Of a stretch of DNA of 64,000 bases, positions 1 to 9,851 are shown piece after piece (within the stretch, counting starts at the first letter, position 1; each line of letters begins with the position of its first letter). The stretch is from an uncultured Thermoleophilia bacterium (lineage in GTDB: Bacteria; Actinomycetota; Thermoleophilia; Miltoncostaeales; Miltoncostaeaceae): the NCBI GenBank assembly GCA_963771025.1, contig CAVYRL010000003.1:354267-418266 (forward strand). The letters run 5' to 3'. The notes under the pieces were generated by a model, which saw nothing but the letters and a program-made list of their open reading frames with translations, did no database searches and was not told the origin of the DNA. A program made the position numbers and the translations under genes.

Positions 1-402
1 GATGCCCGCGGGCAGCGAGATGAAGGTCCGGATGACCGGCAGGCAGCGTGAGATCAGCACGGCCCAGTCGCCGTAGCGCTCGAACCAGCGGTCGGCCGCG
101 TCCAGGCGCTTCGGCGTGATGTGCAGCCAGTGCCAGCGCAGCGCCCACTCGCGGCCCTTGTAGCGGCCGACGCCGTACGCGATCCACGATCCGATGACGT
201 TGCCCGCCACGCCCGCGGCGACCATCGGCACGAGGCTCTGGTCGCCCGTGCTCACCAGGAAGCCGCCGAAGAGCATGATCGCCTCGCTCGGCACCGGGAT
301 GCAGGCGCTCTCGAGGATCATCAGCAGGAACACCGCGAGGAGGCCGTGGGACCCCACCTGGTCGGTGGCGAAATTGACGATCGGCGCGGTGATGTCGGGC
401 AC
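1..402 (-). CDS. DedA family membrane protein (3' end outside window)
   Basis: Manual translation gives ...ITPKRLDAADRWFERYGDWAVLISRCLPVIRTFISLPAGI, matching the DedA F-x-R-x-G...R-x-x-P-x-x-R motif. GTG start at 402 has a GGAGG RBS. Confidence 0.85.
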   Translation of the reverse strand, partial: MPDITAPIVNFATDQVGSHGLLAVFLLMILESACIPVPSEAIMLFGGFLVSTGDQSLVPMVAAGVAGNVIGSWIAYGVGRYKGREWALRWHWLHITPKRLDAADRWFERYGDWAVLISRCLPVIRTFISLPAGI

Positions 403-546
403 GGGCGTCTGTTCTCCTCCCCGGGGGACCGCGAGCCACCCTCGCGGACGTGCATGAGAGGCTGATGAGAGCGGAGCGGGATGAGCCCCGCCTCCCGCCC
501 CCGAGAGGGCCGCGACGGCTTCGGCGGCCCCCTGTCCTCGGGGAAT

Positions 547-1326
547 TCAGCGGCGGGGCGTGACCGCCCGTCGGTAGGTGAGATTGGCCCGCCGGGTGCA
601 GGCTGCGCGACGCTTGCCCTTCAGCTTGTGGCACGTCTGCAGGCGCACGGTCCGGCGGTGCAGGGCATTCGCGCGTCGGCGGCATGCCGCCCGGGCCTTC
701 GCGTGCTTGCGCTTCGCGCAGGCCCGCAGAGCCCTCGCGCGCCGCAGCGACGAGCGGCAGACCACCCGCGCCGACCCGGTGCGTCCGGCACAGGGCGCGG
801 GCGTGGTGACCGGCGCCGCCGGGGCGGCCGGGGTCGCCGCGGTGGCCGGAGTCGCCGGGGCGGCGGGCGGGGTCGCCGCGACCGGAAGGGCCACGGTGAA
901 CGACACCGGGGCGGAGGTGCCCTGTGAGCCCGCAAAGCCCTCGGTCGCTCCGCATGCCCAGAAGACCCGCCACTCCCACTGGGCCGGCTGGGCCACCGGG
1001 AAGAAGGTGGACGGCGTCGAGAAGGAGCCGTCGCCGAGGAAGGGGCCGTCGCGTAGCTGACCCTGCCAGTCGGCCGCTCCCGCCGGGCGGCGCTCGGCGT
1101 AGGAGCTATGGATGCTCGCCGGCCCGGGGCAGTCGTAGGTGATCGTCCACTGCAGCGGATGGTCGAGGTTCGCGAACCCTGCGGGCGGCGTCAGCTCCAA
1201 CGCCGTCCCCGCGGTGGGCGACACGACGGTGGGGACCGGCGTCGCGGCCGCCACCCCCACCCCACCGGCGAACAGGACCGCAGTGGCGATCACCGCTCTC
1301 GCAAGAACCCAAGGACTGCGCACCAT
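547..1326 (-). CDS. Secreted protein with Ala/Pro linker and basic Cys-pair C-terminal repeats
   Basis: ATG at 1326 after GAGGAGG; hydrophobic signal peptide; PAAPATP linker; tail with repeated C..K..K.RAAC.RRA. Confidence 0.7.
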   Translation of the reverse strand: MVRSPWVLARAVIATAVLFAGGVGVAAATPVPTVVSPTAGTALELTPPAGFANLDHPLQWTITYDCPGPASIHSSYAERRPAGAADWQGQLRDGPFLGDGSFSTPSTFFPVAQPAQWEWRVFWACGATEGFAGSQGTSAPVSFTVALPVAATPPAAPATPATAATPAAPAAPVTTPAPCAGRTGSARVVCRSSLRRARALRACAKRKHAKARAACRRRANALHRRTVRLQTCHKLKGKRRAACTRRANLTYRRAVTPRR

Positions 1327-1480
1327 GCCTCCTCTCCGTGCAATTCCCGGCATCGAGGCTATGACGATTTCGGCGTTTTCGTCGACTGGCCGAACGTCTA
1401 GTGGCACGAGGGCGGCGCGGAATGGCGTGGGTGACCGAGGGCGAGGGCGAGACGGCCTTCGGCAGGATCGCGCCGCGGCC

Positions 1481-3082
1481 TCAGGGCACCCGGGGCGGCT
1501 GACCGCGCCGGGTGGGCACCTCCCTCGCCTCCCCCTCCGGCCGCCCGGCGGCGAGCGACTGCATGAGGCCGGTCAGCGCCACGCGCTCCGCGTCGGTCGG
1601 CACCGCCCATCCCGGCCGATAGCCGAACCGGTCGGCAACGGTCACGGAGCGCTCCCCGTCCAGAAGCTCGAGCTGCCCGCAATCGACGAATGCCGGATGG
1701 ATCACTCCGCAGGTCCGGGCGAGACGCGACAGCTCCGCCCGCAGGCCGGCGAGATAGTCGGCGACCCGCTCCGCGCGCAGCACCGGGTCGAGCCCGCGCT
1801 GCAGCCATGGCGAGTTGGTCGTGACGCCGGTGGGGCAACGGCCGGTGTGGCAGCGCTGGGCCTGGATACAGCCGACCGCCAGCATCGCCTCGCGGCCGAC
1901 GCTGACCATGTCGCAGCCCATCGAGAAGGCCAGCAACGCGTTGGCGGGCAGGCCGAGCAGCCCGGACCCGATGAAGACGGTGCGGTCGGCGACCCCGGCC
2001 TCGGCGAAGACGTGGTAGACGCGGGCCAGAGCGATGCGGAAGGGCAGGGCGACGTGGTCGGTGAATACCAGCGGCCCCGCCCCCGTGCCGCCCTCGCCTC
2101 CGTCGATCGTGATGAAGTCGGGCCCCGCGCGCTCGCGCTGCATGCACCGCACCAGTTCCCGCCAGAAGCCGAGATCGCCCACGGCCGACTTGATGCCGAC
2201 CGGCAGGCCCGTGGCGTCGGCGACCCGCTCGATGAACGCCACGAGCCCGGCCACATCGTCGAACGCCGAATGGGCGGATGGGCTCACGCAGTCCCGGCCG
2301 ACCGGGACACCCCGGGCCGCCGCGATCTCGGCGGTCACCTTCGCGGCGGGGAGGAACCCGCCGACGCCGGGCTTCGCGCCCTGGCTGAGCTTCACCTCGA
2401 TCGCGCGCACCGGGTTCTGGGCCACCAGGTCGGTGAGCGCGGCGAGGTCGAAGCGGCCGTCCGCGTCGCGGCACCCGAAGTACCCGGTGCCGATCTGGAA
2501 GACGAGGTCGGCCCCGTGGCGATGATGGGCGCTGAGACCTCCTTCCCCGGTGTTGTGGAGGCAGCCGGCGCGCGCGGATCCGCGGTTGATCGCCTCGACG
2601 GCGTGCGCCCCCAGGGCGCCGAAGCTCATGCCCGAGACGTTGACGACCGAGGCCGGCCGGAAGGCGTGCCGCCGGCCGTTGGCGCCACCGAGCACCTTCG
2701 CGCAGGGAAGCGGCCATCCCTCGGGCTCACCGCCCGGCGGGGGCGGATGCGGGAAACCCGCCTGCTTGATCAGGACGTGCCCGGGATGACCCGACCAGTC
2801 CACGTCCGAGCCGAAGCCGAAGTGCGGATCCTGCCGCTTGGCGGTCGCGTAGACCCAGCGACGCTGGTTGCGCGAGAAGGGCCGCTCGTCGTCGTTGCCC
2901 GTGACGATGTACTGGCGCAGCTCGGGCCCGAAGGCCTCGAGGATGTAGCGCAGGTGCCCGATGATCGGGAAGTTGCGCAGAATGGCGTGCCGGCGCTGCA
3001 GCAGGTCATAGGCGACGACGCCGGCCAGCGCCGCGCCTCCGGCCGCGCGCAGGCCGGGACGACGGATGCGAGGAGGCCTCAT
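1481..3082 (-). CDS. FMN-binding glutamate synthase family protein
   Basis: SGMSFGAL, NTGEGG, IEVKLSQGAKPG, DGGEGGTGA and CIQAQRCHTGRCPTG (3Fe-4S) motifs. Confidence 0.9.
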   Translation of the reverse strand: MRPPRIRRPGLRAAGGAALAGVVAYDLLQRRHAILRNFPIIGHLRYILEAFGPELRQYIVTGNDDERPFSRNQRRWVYATAKRQDPHFGFGSDVDWSGHPGHVLIKQAGFPHPPPPGGEPEGWPLPCAKVLGGANGRRHAFRPASVVNVSGMSFGALGAHAVEAINRGSARAGCLHNTGEGGLSAHHRHGADLVFQIGTGYFGCRDADGRFDLAALTDLVAQNPVRAIEVKLSQGAKPGVGGFLPAAKVTAEIAAARGVPVGRDCVSPSAHSAFDDVAGLVAFIERVADATGLPVGIKSAVGDLGFWRELVRCMQRERAGPDFITIDGGEGGTGAGPLVFTDHVALPFRIALARVYHVFAEAGVADRTVFIGSGLLGLPANALLAFSMGCDMVSVGREAMLAVGCIQAQRCHTGRCPTGVTTNSPWLQRGLDPVLRAERVADYLAGLRAELSRLARTCGVIHPAFVDCGQLELLDGERSVTVADRFGYRPGWAVPTDAERVALTGLMQSLAAGRPEGEAREVPTRRGQPPRVP

Positions 3083-3116
3083 GGTCGCGCCCGCGATCCC
3101 TGGGCCCGCGCGCGCC

Positions 3117-3581
3117 TCACCCGCGGACCGCGTCGCCCTGCGGCACCTCGGCGGGCGCGGGGGGGTGAACGAGAAGGACCGGACACGGCGCGTGGTACGC
3201 GATGTGCGAGGCGAAACTGCCCAGGATGGCGCGGTCCACGATGCCGCGATGGGCCGCCGCCACGATCAGGTCGATGCCCGCCGAGGCCGCGTAGTCGCAG
3301 GCGGCACGCGGCGGGTAGCCGTTGAGCAGCACCGCCTCCACACCCGGCGCGTCACCGATCTGCTCCGCGAGCCACGTCCGGGCCGCCCCGCTCTCGTCGT
3401 AGATCGTGGGCGGCGGACCGGCGAAGGGCGACGACAGCAACACCAGGGGTTCGGCGATCACGTGCACCACCGCAAGCTCGCCCGGAGACTGCGCGCGCAG
3501 GGCCGAGGCCTCCTGGAGGACCACGCGGGAGGCGGGTCCTCCGTCGACGAAGCAGGCGATCGAGCGGTACGGCGCGGGCAT
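3117..3581 (-). CDS. Universal stress protein (UspA family)
   Basis: DLIV...HRG...LGSFASHIAYHAPCPVLLV signature. Confidence 0.9.
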   Translation of the reverse strand: MPAPYRSIACFVDGGPASRVVLQEASALRAQSPGELAVVHVIAEPLVLLSSPFAGPPPTIYDESGAARTWLAEQIGDAPGVEAVLLNGYPPRAACDYAASAGIDLIVAAAHRGIVDRAILGSFASHIAYHAPCPVLLVHPPAPAEVPQGDAVRG

Positions 3582-3708
3582 CGTGTCCTCCTCGCGTCAG
3601 GGCCCTTTGGGAGAGGACCTCGATGCGCCAGTCTCCGCCGGCGCGCGCGAGGGTGCGTGGGTGCCGTCCCCGATCCTGCCGGGGCGAAGCCACATACCGG
3701 CTGCGGCT

Positions 3709-4347
3709 CTACCGACGCACGAACTTCAGGTGGGTGACCCCCGGTGCCGCGACGGTCCTCACGTGGGCCAGCGGTGGACGACCGACGCCCAGGCCCCCGA
3801 AGAGCCGCTCGCCGTCCCCGAGCAGGATCGGGACGAGGCTGATCTCCATCTCGTCCACCAGGCCGGCGTCCAGGTACTGCCGGGCGACATCGGCGCCCCC
3901 CGCGAGCGACACGTCCCCGCCGGCGGCCGCGGCGCGTGCCTGCTCGAGCGCCGGCGCGATACCCTCGGTGACGAAGGTGAACGTGGTGCCGCTCAGGACG
4001 AGGGGCTCGCGCGGGTGGTGGGTGACCACGAAGACCGGGTGGTGGAAGGGCGGCTCGTCGCCCCACCAGCCGGTCCACGGGTCGTCGCCCCACGGGCCGT
4101 CCCCGCCCCCGAACATGTGGCGGCCCATCACGGTTGCGCCGATGCCCGCGCGCCGCTCCTCGATCACGCGAGTGCTCTCGTTGATCGCGCCTCCCTCCAT
4201 CTCGTGCGTCTCGCGGAAGGCAGCGAGCGCGAAGGCCCACTCGTGGAGCCCGCCGCCCCCGACGCCCAGGGGGTTCTCCGCGCTCTGGTCCGGCCCGGCG
4301 ACGAACCCGTCGAGGGACATGGCGATGGTCAACCGAAGCCTGCTCAT
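3709..4347 (-). CDS. Dihydrofolate reductase-like (RibD C-terminal) protein
   Basis: AMSLDGFVAGP, VMGRHMF, GGADVARQYL..GLVDE and PILLGDG motifs. Confidence 0.9.
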   Translation of the reverse strand: MSRLRLTIAMSLDGFVAGPDQSAENPLGVGGGGLHEWAFALAAFRETHEMEGGAINESTRVIEERRAGIGATVMGRHMFGGGDGPWGDDPWTGWWGDEPPFHHPVFVVTHHPREPLVLSGTTFTFVTEGIAPALEQARAAAAGGDVSLAGGADVARQYLDAGLVDEMEISLVPILLGDGERLFGGLGVGRPPLAHVRTVAAPGVTHLKFVRR

Positions 4348-4434
4348 GGGGAACCTCCGTCAGCGCCGAGGGGGGCCATCCGTATACCACCAGCCCTCAG
4401 ACGCCGACGTGCGGAACCCATCGGTGGCGCCCGG

Positions 4435-6570
4435 TCAGCCTCTGCGGTCGGGAGCCCGACGTGACGCCGATGACGCGCCGACCGTGACGACGTCCTCCGG
4501 CGCGTCGACCGCCGGGACGGCGCCGGTGGGATCGTCGCGCAGGATCGCGGTCAGGGTGGTCACCATGAGCGGATCGAATTGGGTACCGGAGCAGGCCGCG
4601 AGCTCGGCGAGCGCGACCTCCTGCGACACCGCGCTGTGGTACGCCCGGCGCCGCGAGGTCATGGCCTCGAAGGCGTCGCAGACGAACACGATGCGTGAGC
4701 CCAGGGGGATCTGCTCTCCCGACAGTCCGTCCGGATATCCCTGGCCGTCCCACCGCTCGTGGCTGGAGCGGACCAGAGGCGCGATCGGCTCGAGGGCCGG
4801 CGCGGCGCGCAGGATGCGCTCGCCGATCAGCGTATGGCGGTGGATGAAGTCCAGCTCGGCCGCGTCGAGGCTGTCGGGCTTGCCCAGGATCGCATCCGGG
4901 ACGGCGATCTTGCCGATGTCGTGGAGCAGCGCCGCGCGCCGCACCCGGCCTCGCTCGGGGTCGTCGAGCCCGAGGCGCCGGGCGACCCGATCGGCGAGGT
5001 CCGAGACGCTGCCGACGTGGTCGCTGAGCCCGGATGAGCGCTCGGCGAGCGCCCGCACCAGCACGTTGACGCTCTGGCTGCCCGCGGACTGGCGGCCCAG
5101 GGTCTTGCGGGCGTACATCCGGGCGTCGGCGACCAGCATCGCCGCCTCGGGCGAGCTCGCGTCCTCCGGGATGAGGGCCACGCCGTGCGCGCCCGAGATC
5201 TGGAATCCCTCCCCGCGCTGCGTGAGCGCGTCCCGGGCCGCCGCCACGGCCTCCTTGAGGGCGGCCGGAGCGAGGGACGCGAGCACGCAGAACTCGTCGC
5301 CGCCGAGGCGGTAGACCCGGCCTCCGGGTATCGCGGCAACCAGACGGGCGGAGATCCGCACCAGCAGGGCGTCACCGGCCGGGTGGCCGAAGCGATCGTT
5401 GTAGGCCTTGAAGCCGTTCAGGTCGAGCAGCATGAGGGCGAGCGGGCGGGTCCAGTCCGCCGCTGCGATGGCCTCCTCGAGGTCGCATTCAAGGCGGCGA
5501 CGGTTGAAGAGCCCGGTGAGGCCGTCGGTGTCGGCCTCGCGAATGAGCAGCTCGTGCACCTCCTCGCGCTCGCGATGGCGCAGGTTGGACTGGGCGAACA
5601 GCACGCCGACCAGCAACGCAACCGCCGCCGAGCCGCCGATCAGCAGTATCACCGGGAGGGCCCACAGGGCCTCGGGGTGGGGCGTCGAGACCCGCGCGGT
5701 CCACCCGCTGTCGCCGACCGGAGCCTCGGCGACCGCATTGAGCATGGGCCCGCTGCCCGAATCGAAGATCTGTGCGGCGGGGCTGACGATCTCGAGACGA
5801 CTGCCGGCGGGGAGCAGCGCCAGCGGGGATCGGACCAGATGGGAGATGTTGAAGAGGCCGCCGAGGTATCCCCGCAGGCCGGCGCGCCGAGCGAGGATCG
5901 ACGCGGGCGCCGGATCCGGGCCGTAGACGGCGGCGAGCACCGCGACCGCCTCCGGCCGTCGGTTCGCCCCGAGTTGCAGCGCCGAGGTCACCACCGGCCG
6001 TCCCCCGTCACGAGCCGACGCAAGGCTCGGCCGAAGGGGCGCACTGGTCGCGATGTCGATCCCGACGGACGCCTGCGCGATGTCGGTGCGGGGCGCGACG
6101 AGGCTCAGGGGGAAGTAGTCCGCCCGCGCCGGGGCGGGCTGGAACGCGCCGGATGGAAGCGCATCGAGGATCGGCCGCCCAGACGCGCCCTCGAAGGACG
6201 CGCGATCGGCTGCCGAAACGCGCGGAGCCCAGCTGACCGACTGCGTGCTCACGCTCTCGAACGCAACCGTGGCGAACCGCGTGAAGTCGGCGGAGTCCAC
6301 GCCCTGGGGCGACGCCGCGAAGAGCCCGCGCAAACCGTTCAGCGCCCCTTCGGCGGAGTCGAGCTCACCGCCGAGATCGTTCGCCGTGCTCCGGGCCCAC
6401 GCCTCGCGTTGATGGCGCTGATCCCCGCGGATGTTGTGGACGACGCCGGCGGCCGCGGCGAACCCCGTCGCCAGCAGCAGCAGGACGACGACGACCTGGA
6501 AGGGCCGAAGGCTGAGCGGGATGCTCAGCACTCTGCGGCGAATCGACCGGAGCATCGTGCCGAGCGGCAT
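4435..6570 (-). CDS. Membrane CHASE-GGDEF-HD-GYP c-di-GMP enzyme
   Basis: Two TM helices flank a CHASE-like region (WAPRV, DYFP, GIDI); D.LTGL.NRR, intact GGDEF, HDIGK and HHERWDG.GYP-type motifs. Confidence 0.9.
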   Translation of the reverse strand: MPLGTMLRSIRRRVLSIPLSLRPFQVVVVLLLLATGFAAAAGVVHNIRGDQRHQREAWARSTANDLGGELDSAEGALNGLRGLFAASPQGVDSADFTRFATVAFESVSTQSVSWAPRVSAADRASFEGASGRPILDALPSGAFQPAPARADYFPLSLVAPRTDIAQASVGIDIATSAPLRPSLASARDGGRPVVTSALQLGANRRPEAVAVLAAVYGPDPAPASILARRAGLRGYLGGLFNISHLVRSPLALLPAGSRLEIVSPAAQIFDSGSGPMLNAVAEAPVGDSGWTARVSTPHPEALWALPVILLIGGSAAVALLVGVLFAQSNLRHREREEVHELLIREADTDGLTGLFNRRRLECDLEEAIAAADWTRPLALMLLDLNGFKAYNDRFGHPAGDALLVRISARLVAAIPGGRVYRLGGDEFCVLASLAPAALKEAVAAARDALTQRGEGFQISGAHGVALIPEDASSPEAAMLVADARMYARKTLGRQSAGSQSVNVLVRALAERSSGLSDHVGSVSDLADRVARRLGLDDPERGRVRRAALLHDIGKIAVPDAILGKPDSLDAAELDFIHRHTLIGERILRAAPALEPIAPLVRSSHERWDGQGYPDGLSGEQIPLGSRIVFVCDAFEAMTSRRRAYHSAVSQEVALAELAACSGTQFDPLMVTTLTAILRDDPTGAVPAVDAPEDVVTVGASSASRRAPDRRG

Positions 6571-6692
6571 GCAGACGTCTCCTCAGCGGGACCCGAGACA
6601 CGGATCCGTCACCGCGACTGATTATCGAACGATGATCGTTCATATAATCGTCATCAGGAGGGCAGAACTGAGGCCCACGGCCCCGACGCGGA

Positions 6693-7157
6693 TCATTCGC
6701 CGGCGACGACACCCCCCATCTCATGGGTCCGGCGGTACCACTCCCAGGGCTGGCTGATGGCCGCGAGCCAATCGTCGAGTGTGCCTCCGGCGGGGATGAC
6801 GTTGACCGGCGCGCGGCCGGTCAGGTGTAGGCGAATTCGCGGCGCCTGGCCGATCGGAGACACCTCATCGGGGCTCGCGGGTCGACGCTCGAACCTCTCG
6901 AGCTCGGCAAACGGGAACGACCTGCGGCGGGCCGCCAGCAGGCGCTCGAGCGGATTCGGCTCGAACTCGAGACGGTCGGCGTACAGCCTCAGCAGGCCGC
7001 CCCGGGCGAGCCAGCCCGTGTTGATGCTCACCAGACCCCGCTTGCGCACCCCGTCCTCGGACCCGAGGAACTCCCCGTCGCGGAGGCCGGTCCAGATGCG
7101 GCTCCAGTTGGCGGGCTCGTCGTCGTCGGTGCCGTCCCAATCGGGCCAGCGTCCCAT
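6693..7157 (-). CDS. Hypothetical protein (possibly PH-like fold)
   Basis: ATG with GAGGAGG RBS; GG.L.L..DRL.FEP pattern typical of bacterial PH/GRAM-like domains. Confidence 0.55.
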   Translation of the reverse strand: MGRWPDWDGTDDDEPANWSRIWTGLRDGEFLGSEDGVRKRGLVSINTGWLARGGLLRLYADRLEFEPNPLERLLAARRRSFPFAELERFERRPASPDEVSPIGQAPRIRLHLTGRAPVNVIPAGGTLDDWLAAISQPWEWYRRTHEMGGVVAGE

Positions 7158-7434
7158 TGCCAGCCTCCTCTCATGGAGCGATGAGTGACGTGGCGCGAGG
7201 ATACGATCGCGAGCGGGTGCGCGGCCAGACCACCGGGGCGACGCAGGGGTGCAGACCGCGGGTGGGCGCGCCGTGGCGCCAGGGCCGGGTGCCCGGGCGA
7301 GTCGCCCGCGACGTGCCGCACCCGGCCGCGGTACCTGTTCGCCGCCAGGTCGCGCTAGCCCTGGAGCCGATCTCGGCCACGGGCATCCGGCCCCCGGGGC
7401 GCCGCGCGGGCGTCCCCGGGAGCCGGCGCCAGAG

Positions 7435-8596
7435 CTACTTGGCCAGCGCCGAGCGCAGAACCGAGGGGATCGGCTTGCGCGCCTGAGCGGTGAACGCCCT
7501 GTAGGCGGGCTTCTTCGCCCCGGACGCCTTCAGCAGACCGCCGGGCCAGTTGACGTTGTCCTGGAGGTTGAACCAGACGACCGTCGCCAGCTGCCGGTCC
7601 CTGACGGCCGGCAGGGCGAAGATCTGCTTCAGATAGAGCGCCTGCTTCGCGAAGCTGACCCTCACGTTGCGGAACGGCGTCTTCGCCGTCGTGTAGCCCG
7701 CCTCCGTGACGTACAGCTTCATGCCCTTCTTCTTCTTGTTCAGCGCCGCGTAGATCTCCGGCAGGCTGCTCCAGGTGGGGAATGCCTTGGCGTACGCCTT
7801 GGAGGTGAACTTCGGCCCCCGTGACGGATAGATGTGCTGCGAGTAGGCGTCGAACTTGAGGCGCTTGTCGCCCGTCAGCCCCTTGAGCCACTTGCGCGCG
7901 CCGATGTTGCCGCCGCCTGTGCTGCTGCGGGGGCCGCCGACTCCGGCGATCACGATCGCCTTGCGGTCCCCGCGCTTGATGGCCGGGTAGGCCGCCCGGA
8001 CGAGCGCCTTGTAGCGCGCCAGCGAACTCTTGCCGTTGTAGCGGAAGAACCCGATGATGTTCGGCTCGTTCCAGATCTCCAGGTGCCGCACGCGCGGCAG
8101 GGGAGCGACCGCGCCGGGCGGCCTGAACGTGCCGCTGTATCGGGTCGCGACGGCCTGCATGAAGTCGGCGTACTGCTCGGGTCGCGGCGCGTTGGGGTTG
8201 TACTGCGAGGCGCGGGGCGGATTCTTGCCGGCCACCGCCCAGTCGGGCGTGCTGTACGTGCTCACGATCGGGACGATCCCACGTGCGGCGAGGCCGGTGA
8301 AGATCAGATCCAGCCGGCTCCAGTCGTACTGCGGATCATTGGGGTTCGTGGGGTTGGCCGGCTCCAACGGGGCGACGAAGCTCCACAGGATGTCGACGCG
8401 GGCCACCTTCGCCTTGGTCTTCTGCACCAGCGCGATGCGGGCCGGGATCTGGGGCAGCTGAGCGACAGCCAGAACGTCGTCCTGCACGGCGGCGACCGCG
8501 CCGACACCGGTTGAACGGCACGACGAGAGCGGCCATGGCCGCTCCGGCGATCGCCAGTCCCGCGATCGTTCGGGACGTGTTGGCCTTTCGGGTCAC
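7435..8596 (-). CDS. Secreted clan GH-A glycoside hydrolase (GH39/GH5-like), apparent frameshift at about 8514
   Basis: EIWNEPN acid/base and YVTEAGY nucleophile motifs. The signal peptide (VTRKANTSRTIAGLAIAGAAMAALVVP) lies in an adjacent frame and joins if one base is removed at 8514-8515. Confidence 0.8.
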
Positions 8597-8699
8597 CTGA
8601 ATCTCCTCGGCTCTGGGCTCGTGCGGGCGGCATGGTAACAACCATCGGCGGACATGCTCGTGGGCTCCAGGTGCGTGCCCTTCGTTTTCGCACGGCGTC

Positions 8700-9161
8700 T
8701 CAACGGCGTTCGTCGAAGAACCCCCGCAGCAACAGCAGCGCGTCCGCGGCGAGCACGCCGCCCTGCACCTCGACCCGGTGCAGCAGGCGCGGGTCCTGGA
8801 GGGGGTTGATCACCGTCCCGGCCGCCCCCACCTTCTGGTCGGGGGCCCCGAACACGACCCGTGCCGCGCGCGCCTGCTGGATTGCTCCGGCGCACATCGG
8901 GCAGGGCTCGAGGGTCACGTAGATCACGGTGCCGAGCAGCCGCCAGCCCCCCAGTGCGATGCCGGCCGCGCGCAGGGCGAGCACCTCGGCGTGCGCCGTG
9001 GGGTCGCCTCGCAGCTCGCGTTCGTTGTGTGCCGCCCCCACCACCTCGCCCTCGCGCACCACCACGCATCCCACCGGCACGTCGCCGTGCTCGCCCGCGT
9101 CCGCCGCCTCGCGCAGGGCCATGCGCATGAAGTGCTCGTCACGGGGGAAGACGCGCGTCAT
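8700..9161 (-). CDS. tadA: tRNA-specific adenosine deaminase
   Basis: DEHFMRMAL, VPVG, DPTAHAE and TLEPCPMCAGAI..AR motifs. Confidence 0.95.
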   Translation of the reverse strand: MTRVFPRDEHFMRMALREAADAGEHGDVPVGCVVVREGEVVGAAHNERELRGDPTAHAEVLALRAAGIALGGWRLLGTVIYVTLEPCPMCAGAIQQARAARVVFGAPDQKVGAAGTVINPLQDPRLLHRVEVQGGVLAADALLLLRGFFDERR

Positions 9162-9197
9162 GGGCCCACAGTATCCGGGGTGCACTACCGTGGAGCG

Positions 9198-9851
9198 ATG
9201 TGGATCCGCTCCGTCAACGTGGGGATGCCGCGGGAGATTCCCGGCACCGGCGGCGCGATCATCAGCGGCATCGTCAAGGAGCCCGTGTCCGGGCCCGTGG
9301 CGGTGGGCGCGACCAACCTCGCCGGCGACCGGCAGGCCGACCTCTCGGTGCACGGCGGGCTCGACAAGGCCGTGTACGCGTACCCGATCGAGCACTTCGG
9401 GTTCTGGAGGCGCGAGCTGCTGCGCGACGATCTCACTCCCGGGTGGTTCGGCGAGAACCTGACCACGGAAGGGGTGCTCGAGGACGACGTCCTGGTGGGC
9501 GACCTGCTGCGGGCGGGATCCGCTCTGCTCGAGGTGAGCCACCCGCGGGTCCCCTGCTTCAAGCTGGCCGCCCGCATGGGCGACCCCGGGTTCGGCAGGC
9601 CGTTCCTGCTCAGCGGGCGGGTGGGCTTCTACCTCCGGGTTCTGGAGGAGGGAGAGCTCGAGACGGGCGACCCCCTCACCCGGGAACGCCGTGGCGAGGG
9701 CGGCCTGAGCATCCGCACGGCGGCCCGGCTGCTCGACTCCGGGGCGAGCCCGGTCGACCTCGAGAGCGCGGCCGCGGTGCCGGCGCTGGCCGAGGGCTGG
9801 CGCGAGAACTTCGCGCTGCGGGCGGCGAAGCTCAGATCGCGGCGGCGATGA
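9198..9851 (+). CDS. MOSC domain protein (YiiM-like)
   Basis: GDRQAD..VHGG.DKAVY, FGENLT, PRVPCFKL and GFYLRVL..G motifs. Confidence 0.9.
   Translation: MWIRSVNVGMPREIPGTGGAIISGIVKEPVSGPVAVGATNLAGDRQADLSVHGGLDKAVYAYPIEHFGFWRRELLRDDLTPGWFGENLTTEGVLEDDVLVGDLLRAGSALLEVSHPRVPCFKLAARMGDPGFGRPFLLSGRVGFYLRVLEEGELETGDPLTRERRGEGGLSIRTAARLLDSGASPVDLESAAAVPALAEGWRENFALRAAKLRSRRR

Noticed and set aside
1139-3325. Long opposite-strand and alternate-frame ORFs (also 20988-22358, 32379-34121, 52834-54528)
   Set aside because: Shadow ORFs typical of high-GC DNA; they overlap genes with clear family motifs and have none of their own.
6620-6662. Plus-strand TATAAT followed by AGGAGG
   Set aside because: No -35 or downstream start codon; probably part of the AT-rich promoter of the minus-strand GGDEF gene.
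7160-7434. Short ORFs between the hypothetical gene and the glycoside hydrolase
   Set aside because: No motif, codon bias or RBS support in any frame.
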